From: Malacoraja senta
Lineage: Eukaryota
Length of the DNA: 64,000 nt
Direction of reading: 5' to 3'
Assembly (NCBI GenBank): GCA_038087875.1
Contig: JAXLNO010000252.1
Span: 124,001 to 188,000 of the forward strand
Numbering within the stretch: position 1 is the first letter of the stretch; each line of letters starts with the position of its first letter. Positions 26,401-38,246 of the stretch are shown here, piece by piece. The translations under genes were made by a program, and so were the position numbers. The notes beneath the pieces were generated by a model. The model saw only the letters and a program-made list of their open reading frames with translations. It was not told where the DNA came from and ran no database searches.

Positions 26401-28039
26401 TACACTGAGAGTGGGTGATATCTGGGACATGCTACAGAGGAGGTGGTGCAGTGAGATACAATCACTATATTTGAATCACTTATATACGTGAGGTGTATAG
26501 GAATACCGATGTAATGTGGGCAAATCGATTAGTATATCTGGGGAAAAGGTGGACATGGAGACGATGGGACGAAGGGCCTGATTCTGTAATGTACAACCAT
26601 GGCTGAATAACTGAGTCACCACAGCCACTGGTCCAGGGAATTCCAAAGGTTCCCCAGTCTCTGTGTGCAGTAATGTCTCCTTATCTCTGTCCTACTTGGT
26701 GCCGCCCACATTCTGAGATGGTGCCCGTTCTCCAGACCCCTCAGACAGGGGAAATATCATCCCTGCATCCAGCCCACTGAGCCCTGCAAGAACTTTGTGT
26801 TTCACTGAGATCTCCTCCTATACACCCAAACTCTTGAGTACACATGCCTAGTCTACTCAATCTCACCCCACACAGCAAACTCATTGTCCCAGGAACAAGT
26901 ATTGTTAATCTTTGCTGCGTTGCCTCTGTGTCAAGTCTGTCAAGGAGCATAGGAACACAAGAAAACAGGAGCAGGATTAGGATCTGCTCCTCAGGCTTGC
27001 CCCTCCATTCAATGTGATCATGGCTGATCTAAGGTGGCACCAATTCCTCTTCTGTGTGTGTTCCCCATAATTTTAATTTTTCCATCTAACAAATATTTAT
27101 ATTTAGCCAAGTTGCAGATATACAATAACTCAGCTTTTCACCACCATCTTGGGCACAACATTCCAGATATTCACTGCCCTCTGAGAGATGCAACTTCTAC
27201 ACATGAGAGGCTGCTCTGGAAGGTTGGATCTCATGGAATCCGGCGTGAACTAGCCGATGGAATACAACATTTACCTGAAGGTCGCAGACAGAGGATGTTG
27301 GTCGAGGGTCGTTTTTCAGACTGGAGACAGAGTCCACTGTTGTTCCTTATTTATATACATGATTGGGTGTGTATGTAGCTTGCACGGTTTGTCAGTTTGT
27401 AGATGGAACTAAAATTGGTGACATTGTGGAGAGTGAAGAAAGTTATCTGAGAGTAAATGGGATCCCTGTGAACTGGGCCAATGGGCTCAGGAACGGCAGG
27501 TGGGATTTATTCTTGTGAAGGTGAGCTGATGGACTTTGCTGAGACAAACCAGGGCAGGACATACACAGTAAACAGGGAACTTTATAGAACTGAGAGATCT
27601 CGGGCTGCAGGTACACAGTGCCATGGAATATGCAACAGTGACAGGCAGGGTGGTGAAGAATGTGTTTGTCACTCATGCTTATAGGTCAGGATATAAAATA
27701 CAGTGTTTGAAACAATGAGGTTGTCAGCAAATGAGAGAGGTTGCAAAAGGATTTATGATAATTTCATTGTCTGAAGGACTGGGTGATAAGGAGACGTTGG
27801 ACAGGCAAGGTCATTTTTCTTTGGAGCCCATCAGGATACTTTTATAGACGTGTATAAGATCTATATAAGGTGCACAGATAAGGTGAATAGCCACAGTATT
27901 TTACCCAAGGCAGGAGAGTCTAAACCTCTGACTATGATGTTTCCCAACTGATGAGTTTAGTGGTAGATCAAATCTCCAATTTCCCTTCAGTCCACAATAG
28001 AATTAATCTTTGCATCTAGGTATAGCTTAAAGATGTATA

Positions 28040-29830
28040 GGAATGAACTGCAGATGCTGGTTTAAACCGAAAATAGACTAAAAAAGCTGGCGTAACTCAG
28101 CGGGAAAGGCGGCATCTCTGGAGAGAAGGAATGGGTGACGTTTCGGTTCAAGACCCTTCTTCAGACTTGTTATGGATAATGGCAACAAGAGATATAGGCG
28201 ATGATGTAAAGAGATAAAGAACAATGAATGGAAGATATGCAAAAAATAACGATGAGATGAAACAAGCCATTGTTAGCTATTTGTTAGGTGAAAACGAGAA
28301 ACTAGTGTGACTTGGGTGGGGAAGGAAAGCGAGAGAGAGGGAATGCCGGGGCTACCTGAAGTTAGAGAAATCAACATTTCATACCACTGGGCTGTAAACT
28401 GCCCAAGCAAAATACGAGATGCTGTTCCTCCAATTTGCATTCCTCCTCCCTCTGACAATGGAGGAGACCAAGGACAGAAAGGTCTGTGTGGGAATGGGAA
28501 GGAAAATTAAAGTTTTAGCCACCGAGAGATCAGGTAGGTTCAGGCAGACTGAGCGAAGGTGTTCAGCGAAACGATCGCCCAGTCTGCGTTTGGTCTCATC
28601 GATGTATAAGAGTCCACATCTTCAACAATGGATACAGTAGATGAGGTTGGAGGAGGTGCAAGTGAACCTCTGCCTAACCTGAAAGGACTGTTGGGGTTCC
28701 TGGACAGAGTTAAGAGAGGAGGTATAGGGACCGGTGTTGCATCTTCTGCGGTTGCAGGGGAACGTACTGGGGAGGGGGTGGTTTAGGTGGGAAGGGATGA
28801 GTTAACCAAGGAGTTGCAGAGGAAATGGTCTTTGCGGAAGGTATAAAGGGGATGAGATGGGAAAATGTGGCTAGTGGTGGGATCCTGATGGAGGTGGCTG
28901 AAATTTTGGAGGATCATGTGCTGTGCGTGGCGGCTGATTGGGTGAAAGGTAAGGACAAAGGGGACTCTGTCTAAGTTGCGACTAGGGCGAGGGGGAACAA
29001 GGGCAGAGCTGTGGGGTATCGAGGAGACACGACTGTGGGCCTCATCTATGATGGGAGAGGGGAACCCCCGTTCTCTAAAGAATGAGGACATCTCAGATTT
29101 CCTGATATGGAACACCTCACCTTGGGCGCAGATGCGGCATAGCCGGAGGAATTGGGAATAGGGGATAGAGTCTATGCATGAAGCAGGGTAGGGAGAAGTG
29201 TTGTCGAGATAGTTGTGGGAGTCACTTGGTTTGTAATAGACATCTATCGACAGTCTATTTCCCGTAATAGAGACTGTGAGATCAAAAAAGGGGAGGGAGG
29301 TGTCGGTGATGGTCCAAGTAAATTTGATAGCAGAATGGAAATTAGTGGTGAAGTTGATGGTCCATGATTTCTGCATGGGTGCAGGAGGTAGCACCGATGC
29401 AGTCATCAGTGTAATGGAGATAGAGTTCGGGGATGGGGCCTTGGACTTGGAGGAAGTGGCGGATTCGAAGGAGGTTCTTAAGAGTGCGAACAAGCTCCGC
29501 TAGGTGGAGTAGTGTTAGTAGAGGGAAATTGGATGGTTCTGCGGTCGAGGAAGAAACGGTGGACTTTAAGGCCTTCCTGGTGGGGGATGGAGGTGTAGAG
29601 TGAATGAACGTCCGTGGTAAAGATGAGGGGGTGGGGGCTCTGAAAGCAGAAGTCATTAAAGGGACGAAGGGCATGTGAGGTATCTTGGACATAGGTCGGT
29701 AGGGATTGGACCAGGGGGGATAGGATGGAGTCGAGGTACGTGGAAATCATTTCAGTAGGGCAGGAGCAGGCAGAAACAATGGATCTGCCAGGGCAGTTGT
29801 GTTTATGGATTTTGTGGGGAAGTTCACACT
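28040..29830 (-). mobile_element. Degenerate Penelope-like element (RT plus GIY-YIG remnants)
   Basis: TDVHSLYTSIPH, YTDDCIG, VYYKPSDSHNYL, IPYSQFLRLCRIC; terminal repeat contains a hammerhead-like core. Confidence 0.85.
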
Positions 29831-29922
29831 GTGCGCGGCTGGGAAATTATAAGGAGTTAAGTGTCAGGTGTACGGCATAAAGATGACAGAAACAAGAATA
29901 ATGGAAAATGTATAAGCTTTAC

Positions 29923-32900
29923 CTCGCTTGAAATCCTCAGATATTTCTTTGAATATGGTGTTGAACGAAACAGAGCAATGAAACTTTTCAATCGGCAAGG
30001 CTTCATCTACCACCGACAGTGGTTTGGCTTCATCACGAACCCTGGAAATATTTAACAGCTGGTTATAAACTGAGCATTAGAAATGTTTTGCATTGTTCCA
30101 CAAAAACTTACAATGTTTCCATCAAGACAATGTCCTACCTTCGCTTGCGCCCAGCTTCCTCCTGAAAGAAATAAAACACAAATCTCAATTGATTGAGATG
30201 GACCATCCTCATCCCGACAGCGGGAATTTCACCAAATTTCTGTAACCCTCTGATAAATCCCATTTCCCAACTCTTATCGCCACTGTCATGCAGACAGAAA
30301 GCGGATATTGCCGCCGAGATGTAGAACGATGGGGGAAAGCACAAGGAATGTTCATAAGAATGACGCCATAACTGAGAGGATGGAACTTAATGAAAAGACT
30401 GGGCAGGTTGTGGGATTTCATCCAGAGAAGATGTCAGGAATGATGAGACAGAATTTAATATTATCGGTGGAGCTAAATGGGTGGGGATGAAAAAATATCT
30501 CAAATCGAAAGGGAGACCAATAAATAAAGCTGAAATGTAACGCGGTCTTCAATAAATACTGAAAGGAATGCAGTCATGAGAACATGGACCGTGAGGCCAC
30601 AACTGGAGTATTGTGTCCAGTTTTGGTCTCCTAATTTGAGGAAGGACATCCTTGTGATTGAGGCAGTGCAGCGTAGGTTTACGAGATTGATCCCTGGGAT
30701 GGCGGGGCTGTCATATGAGGAAAGATTGAAAAGACTAGGCTTGTATTCACTGGAGTTTAGAAGGATGAGGGGGGATCTAATAGAAACATATAAAAGTATA
30801 AAAGGACTGGACAAGCTAGATGCAAGAAAAATGTTCCCAATGTTGGGCGAGTCCAGAACCAGGGGCCACAGTCTTAGAATAAAGGGAAAGCCATTTAAGA
30901 CTGATGCGAGAAAAAACTTTTTCACCCAGAGAGTTGTGAATTTGTGGAATTCCCTGCCACTGAGGGCAGTGGAGGCCAAGTCACTGGATGGATTTAAGAG
31001 TGAGTTAGATAGAGCTCTAGGGGCTAGTGGAGTCAGGGGATATGGGGAGAAGGCAGGCACGGATTATTGATTGGGGACTATCAGCCGTGATCACAATGAA
31101 TGGTGGTGCTGGCTCGAAGGGCCGAATGGCCTCCTCCTGCACCTATTTTCTATGTTTCTATGTTTCTATGACCTAAGTTGCACTGGAGGGACTGAAGCCA
31201 ACAGTAGATATAAATTTAAGGACAAGCGGGATAAACACATTAGGGCTCCTGGAATTTGGGAGATTGTTACCGGGTGTTGAGAGTAGATGGGAGCGATGAT
31301 GAGTGGAGCAGAAAACTTGACTGGATACAATGGGCCGAATGGCCTGTCTATGATGTAGAATAGGATGTCATTCTATGGTGAAACAAGGTGGACAAAACAA
31401 ACAGAGCAAATTCCACCAAGGTGACCACCCACTGCTGATGGGAACTGGATATAGATGTTCAATCTGATGTGTGCGCTACGTTCTAGATTTCAATGTTAAT
31501 CCCCACAATGTGGTCATGGCTGATCTAGCCCAGGACTGAACTCATCCTCTTTACCCCATTCCCTTCAATTACAATCCCCAAATTTTCTAAAATGTATCTT
31601 CCTCAGGTTTAAATCTGTCTAACATGTTAAACCTCTCAGAGTCTCTTGGTTGGAGAATCCCAGAGATTCTGTGGTCCTTGGGATCAGATATAGGATCACC
31701 CATCATTGTTCTAAACGCTACAGAATACAAACACATCCCTACATTCCGGCCAGGCAGTCCTGAGATCCCATAGATTATACAGGAGACCAATTAGTTTGGG
31801 AACAACAACAGCAGATTAAACATTTACCTAGTTCTGAATTACTGATAAATGCAGCATTTATTTCTGAAATGTCACCAACAATTTGTGACTGTGCACTTTC
31901 ACTTCACCATACTGTAGTGTAACCCCTCACCTTCAGAAACACCAGACTGTCTTTTTGATCCATCTGTTGCTGCAACTTTAAAAGTTCCTCCTGAATATAT
32001 TTTAAATTCTCTTGAATCTCTCCAAGATTTTTCTCCATTGTATTTAGAATCTTCTTCTCTTCCCCTCGGATATTTCTCAATGAGAATCTTGTGATGTTCA
32101 GCAAATTGGAATGTGATCTTTGACTGAAGGTTGTGTGACTGTTCCTGTGAAATGAAAGGTGAAGATCAATATATAATGTCACTGATTGTGTTTCATCACG
32201 ACTTTGACCGTGACATTTGTCCTGTGCATTTTTTATTTGCTTTGGCAAATCAATTATTTGTCCAAATGCTTCTGAAATATCGTGATGGTAATCTTAGAAC
32301 CCATCAATCCCCTACCCCAATACAATTCCCTGCTGCCAATTCCTTTTCACGTGCCCATTAATTCCCATTGATCCACCCACCACCCACTTTCCCAGGGATA
32401 ATTTACAGTCACCGATTGACCATTGAACCAGCGTGTATTGGGGACGTGGAAGGAAACCGATGCGGTCACAGGGAGAAGGCGTGAACCACACGGGCAGCAC
32501 CCGAGGTCAGGATCGAACCCGCTCGCCAGAACTAGGCGACAGCAGCACTACTTGTGTCACTGCGCTGCCCTATTATTACACGCATCACAGGGATCAAATC
32601 TACACAAGATCAGGAAACCGAAACTGGAAAGCCTCACCAGAACTCCAGAAATCTTCTGCTTCTGTTGCTGCTCCATTCGCTGGATCTCTGATTCCTTTTT
32701 TGTGAGATTCGAAGGAAGATTTCACCTGATCCTGGGATTGTGTTTGAAAATCAGAGAATTAAGCTGTTGAACAATAAAGAAGGAATTAAAATGATGTGAT
32801 TAAAATCGGTTTGCATTTACCTTGTATATTTGAACAGCTTCTTTAACCGGCATGAAGTTGTGAGACTTGTGTTCCCGCGCATCTCGACCAACCACACAGA

Positions 32901-33231
32901 TCAGCTTCTTGTCTGTTTCACAAAACAGCTTCAGTTCTTCCTGATGTTCCTCGCACTGAAGTTTCCTTTCCTTCTCTGTCTGATTCAGGCTCAGTGTTCG
33001 AGCTTTCTCAGACAGTCTCGCCAAGGCCCGATTCACTTTGAGGGTGCGGTCTGTAAACTCCTCTCTACATTCCGGGCAGGAGTTTCTCCCCTCCCTGTCC
33101 CAACTCTGTGTGATACAGGAGCGGCAGAAGTTGTGCCCGCACTCCAGTGTCACCGGATCGGTGAAGAAATCCAGGCAGATGGGACAAATTGCCTCCTCGG
33201 TTAATCTCTCGGAAATGTCTTTCGCAGCCAA
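29923..33231 (-). pseudogene. TRIM-A: RING-B-box-coiled-coil TRIM (TRIM39/RFP-like) pseudogene. Exons 32821-33231, 32638-32731, 31931-32144, 30139-30161, 29923-30041
   Basis: C3HC4 RING (CPIC...CGHNFCRSC...CPEC) and B-box, with GT-AG exon boundaries. Compared with the paralogs: start codon is TTG, B-box CVVC is CVVG, exon 2 is 94 nt instead of 96, exon 3 is 214 nt instead of 234. No PRY/SPRY exon found. Confidence 0.85.
30590..31170 (+). mobile_element. CR1 3' fragment in a TRIM-A intron
   Basis: ORF 30576-31070 is the CR1 C-terminus; (TTCTATGT)n tail. Confidence 0.9.
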
Positions 33232-33313
33232 TTTAAATTCTGCACTTCCTGGTTCAAAGTGTTTTCCACTGCGCGCGCTGCGGTCTCGGGGGAATGAATG
33301 TTATTTGGCTGCA

Positions 33314-34260
33314 GGTACACAAAAATGCTGGAGAAACTCAGCGGGTGCAGCAGCATCTATGGAGCGAAGGAAATAGGTAACGTTTCGGGCCGAAACCCTT
33401 CTTCAGACTGATAGGGGGTGGGGAGAAGAAAGGAAAAAAGGAAAAAAGGAAAAAGGCGGAGGAGGAGCCCGAGGGCTGGGGGAGGGGAGGAGACAACCAG
33501 ATGGCTGATGAAGGGGAGGGGACAGCAAGGGCTAGCAGAATTGGGAGAATTCAATGTTCAGGCCCCCAGGATGTAGACTGCCCAAGCGGAATATGAGGTG
33601 CATTTCCTCCAATTTACGGTGTTGCTCGCTGTGGCCATGGAGGAGACCCAGGACAGAGAGGTCAGATACGGAATGGGAGGGGGAGTTGAAGTGCTGAGCC
33701 ACCGGGAGTTCAGGTTGGTTATTGCGGACCGACCGGAGGTGTTCGGCGAAACGATCGCCAAGCCTCCGCTTGGTCTCACCGATGTAGATCAGCTGGCATC
33801 TAGAGCAGCGAATGCAATAGATGAGGTTGGAGGAGATGCAGGTGAACCTCTGTCGCACCTGGAACGACTGCTTGGGTCCTTGAATGGAGTGGAGGGGGGA
33901 GGTGAAGGGACAAGTGTTGCATCTCTTGCGGTTGCAAGGGAAAGTACCAGGGGAGGGGGTGGCATGGGAGGGAAGGGAAGAATTGACAAGGGAGTTACGG
34001 AGGGAGCGGTCTTTGCGGAAGGCAGACATGGGGGGAGATGGGAAGATGTGGCGAGTGGTGGGGTCACGTTGGAGGTGGCGAAACTGACGGAGGATCACTT
34101 GTATGTGACGGCTGGTGGGGTGAAAGGTGAGGACTAGGGGGACTCTGCCCTTGTTGTGAGTGGGGGGATGGGGAGAGAGAGCAGTGTTGCGGGGTATGGC
34201 AGAGACCCTGGTGCGAGCCTCATCTATGGTGGAGGAGGGGAACCCCCGTTCCCTGAAGAA
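33314..34260 (-). mobile_element. 5'-truncated Penelope-like element with an intact GIY-YIG domain
   Basis: CNRKRCNTC...[30 protein letters not shown]...GLN; 13-bp TSD ttatttggctgca at 33301-33313 and 34261-34273. Confidence 0.92.
33379..33406 (-). ncRNA. Minimal hammerhead-ribozyme-like core in a Penelope terminus
   Basis: Minus strand CTGAAGA-A-GGGTT(TC)GGCCC-GAAAC-GTT, lying just 3' of the GIY-YIG ORF. Confidence 0.55.
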
Positions 34261-37200
34261 TTATTTGGCTGCAAGTGTTCAGTGTCCTGGCCACTCCCAA
34301 CTAATCAAATGAGGGAGGAGTCAGTTAGACATTAAACCGGCCTGAATATAGACGAAAGCGCAGAATTTGGGTGGATGCAGTCACTTGCCCAGAGTGTGGG
34401 AATTGAGGACAAGAGGACATGGGTTCAACGTGAAGGGAAAAAGTTTGCTAAGAATCCGAGTGGTAACATTTTCACACAAAGGGTGATGGGTGTATGGAAC
34501 AGACTGCCAGAGGAGGTATGTGTAAGAAGGAACTGCAGATGCTAGTTTAAACCGAAGATAGGCACAAAAAGCTGGAGTAACTCAGCGGGACAGTCAGCAT
34601 CTCTGGAGAGAAGGAAAGGGTGACGTTTGCGGTCGAGACCTTTCTTCAGATAGACGCCAGAGCAGGTAGTTGAGGCTGGGACTATCCCATCGTTAAAAAA
34701 ACAGTTAAATGGATAGGACAGGTTTGGGGGGATATGGACCAAGCACAGGCAGGTGGGAATGGTGCAGCTGGGACATGTTGGACGGTGAGGGCAAGTTGGG
34801 CCGACGGGCCTGTTTCCACACTGTATCACTCTATGACTCTAGACTGACACAACGTGCTGGAGTAATTCAGCGGGTCATAGAAACATAGAAATTACGTGCA
34901 GGACTAGGCCATTCGGCCCCTCGAGACGGCACCGGCATTCAATATGATCATGGCTGATCATCTAAAATCAGTATACCATTCCTGTTTTTTCTCCCATATC
35001 CCTTGATTCCGTTAGCCCTGAGAGCGATATCTAACTCTCTTGAAAACATCCAGTGAATTGGCCTCCACTGTCCTCTGTGGCAGAGCATTCCACAGATTCA
35101 CAACTCCCTGGGTTTTTCCACATCTCTGTTCTAAATGGCCTACCCCTTATACTTAATTTGTGACCCCTGGTTCTGGACTCCCCCAACATCGGCAACATGT
35201 TTCCTGCATCTAGCCTGTCCAATCCCTTAAGAATGTAAAATGTTTCTATAAGCTCTCCCTCTCATCCTTCTAAATTCCAGTGAATACAAGCCCAGTCGAC
35301 CCATTCTTTCATCACACAGTATGTCAGTCCCGCCTGCAGGATGCGACCACCCTGAACTTCTCGTTGCCGGTCACTGTAATTCTCAATCCTAATCCCACTC
35401 CGACTTATTGGTCCTCTATAACTCTGTTAAAATAGGGGATATATCATAATTTTGTATAGGAAGGAACTGCAGATGCGGGTTTAAACCAAAGATAGACACA
35501 AAATGCTGGAGTAACTCAGCGGGACAGGCAGCATCTCTGAAGAGAAGAAATGGGTGACGTTTACCTAAATGTCTTAAAAAATAAAAGGTCGGGAGTGGAC
35601 AATTGTCGAGACAAAACACCGAGTGCTGGAGGAACTCAGCGGTTCTGGCAGCATCTGTGGAGGGAATGGACAAGCGAGCCTTCAGAATGATGGGGGAGGG
35701 GAGGAAGATGGAAAGGGAGTTGGGTTGGGTCTAAAGAAGGGTTCCGCCCCGAAACGTCACCCGTCCGTTTTCTCCAGAGTCGCTGCCTGACCCGCTGAGT
35801 TACTCCAGCACTTTGTGTCTATTCCATGGGGCGGGACCGAGCCTGGCAAGTGGAGGAAGAGGAGGAGGGATTTGGCAAACGAGCCTTCATCAGTCAAAAT
35901 GTCATTTAGCTCAGCGGGTCGGGCAGCATCTGTGGAGGGAATGGACAGGCAACCCTTCAGACTGATGAGGGAGGGTGGGAGAGAAAGCTGGAACAGAGAG
36001 TGTGTGTGGTGGGGGGGGGGGGGGGTAATGCCTGTCAAGTGATAGGTGGAAGAAGGAACTGCAGATGCTGGTTTAAACCGAAGATGGACACGAAAAGCTG
36101 GAGAAACTCAGCGGGACAGGCAGCATCTCTGGAGAGAAGGAATGGGTCGAAGAAGAGTCTCGACCCGAAACGTCGCCCATTCCCTCTCTCCAGAGATGCT
36201 GCCTGTCGCGCTGAATTACTCCAGCTTTTGTGTCGATCTTAAGTGATAGGTGGATACTGGTGAGGCGTTGATCAGTGGGTGGGTGGAATAAGTGACAATG
36301 ACTAGAGGTGTAAATTAGGCAAAATTATGTCAGATGAGGAGAGAAGAGGAGTGAAATGTAAAGCCAGATGGAGGGAGAGATGTGTGGGAGGGATGGGGCG
36401 TGATTGGGGGATGGATAACATGGAAATGGGCGTCTTGGAGATGGGAGGTGAGCGGGTTGAAGAGGGGAAAGGAGCAGGGTGACTGGGGAGGGGTGGGAGA
36501 TGATGACAGAAATATGTGCTCAAATTTCCAGTCATCTCCCCACCCCACCCCTCCCTCTCTTTCCCCTTTCCCTCACCCGACAAAATCAGAGTGGTCATCT
36601 GATCTTCTAGAGGTGTATTGATCTTACAGAGGTGTATAAAATCATGAGAGGAATAAATCGGGTAGACGCACAGAGTCTCTTGCCCAGAGTAGGGGAATCG
36701 AGGACCAGAGGACATAGGTTCAAGGTGAAGGGGAAAAGATTCAATGGGAATCTGAGGGATCTTCAGGAGGCGCTGTCTCAAAAAGGCAGCCAGCATCATC
36801 AGAGACCCGCACCACCCTGGCCACGCTCTCATCTCGCTGCTACCATCGGGAAGTAGGTACAGGAGCCTGAAAACTGCATCGGCCATACATCCATCAGGCT
36901 ATTAAACTGTCCAACCTACAAATACACTCCAAACTATATACACGTGGGGGAATTATGTTTTGACTTTGCACTACTATTTTCTATTTATTTATGTGTGTTT
37001 GTTTTTATATACACTGATATTGTTTGTGTGTATCCTGGGTTTTACAGAGCCGTGTGCTGCTGCAAGCTAGTATTTCATTGTATCGGGACATATGGCAATA
37101 AATCATTCTTGACACAAATATTTAGTTTAGAGAAAGATGGGAAAGATTGAATTTTTTTTCGCCTTCCATCACAGTGAGGGATGTGGAGGAGTCACTGTGG

Positions 37201-38246
37201 TGGATGTTTATGTTTAAATGTATTTTGTGTGTTCTGTTGCTTTTTATTGGTATGACTGTATGGCACATCAAATTCATCGTATGTTGCAAAACAGACTTGG
37301 CTAATCCTTCGGCCCACGGAGTCCGCGCCGACCAGCGATCCCCGCACGTTAACACTATCCTACAAAGACGAGGGACACTTTATATTTACACCAAGGCCAA
37401 ATAAACTACAAACCTGTATGTCAAGAGTGTTTTATTGTCACATGTCCCAGATAGAACAATGAAATTCTTACTTACTTCAGCACAACAGAATATCATAAAT
37501 GTTAAAAAACAGAAAATCTCAGAGAAAACCCACCAGGTCACGGAGAGAACGTATAAACTCCGTACAGACAGCACCTGTAGTCGGGATCGAACCCGGGTCT
37601 CTGGCGCTGTGAGGCAGCAACTCTACCGCTGCCCCACCTTGCACCGACTGTTGTATTACAACCGCCTTTAAATCACAAAATGATGTTAATGTCGTGGGCA
37701 GCTTGAAGCACCAGCTCATTGGCTGTCAAAGCAAAGTTAACACCAATTTCCTCCCTCCTTGGTTTGACCCCATTCTTCCAACGGTCCGTTCCGAAGAAAA
37801 CGAATCTGTTGTGTGGAGAGCAAATGCTGCAAACTCGCTATAAATTCAAAGAGACTCGGCGGACTATAGGACCCGGAGCTCAGGACCCGCCGCCCGCGGC
37901 TGCTGCTGAACCCGCGGGAAGGACGATTGTTTCAATCTTTATATTTCCACAAAAGTAATTTCTGTTCCGTTGCCGGACGCGGTTAACGCGTTAAAATGAA
38001 CGGATCGACAGACAGACAGACAGACAGACAGCTCTGATTTCAGTTGCTGTTTATTTCACTCTTCCCACATTTACATTCACCCTGGTTTTATTTCCGCGCT
38101 CACTCACTGGGGTTTGTTTCACGACGCGGAATTTGGGGATTAAATGGGAGCCGTTCGTTCAGCGCCGACCTGTTGTCCACCGGGTTTCTGCCCCGCAGCC
38201 CCTGGCTGAGCCCCGCTCCTGACGCCGGTCCCGGGACCCGACACTT

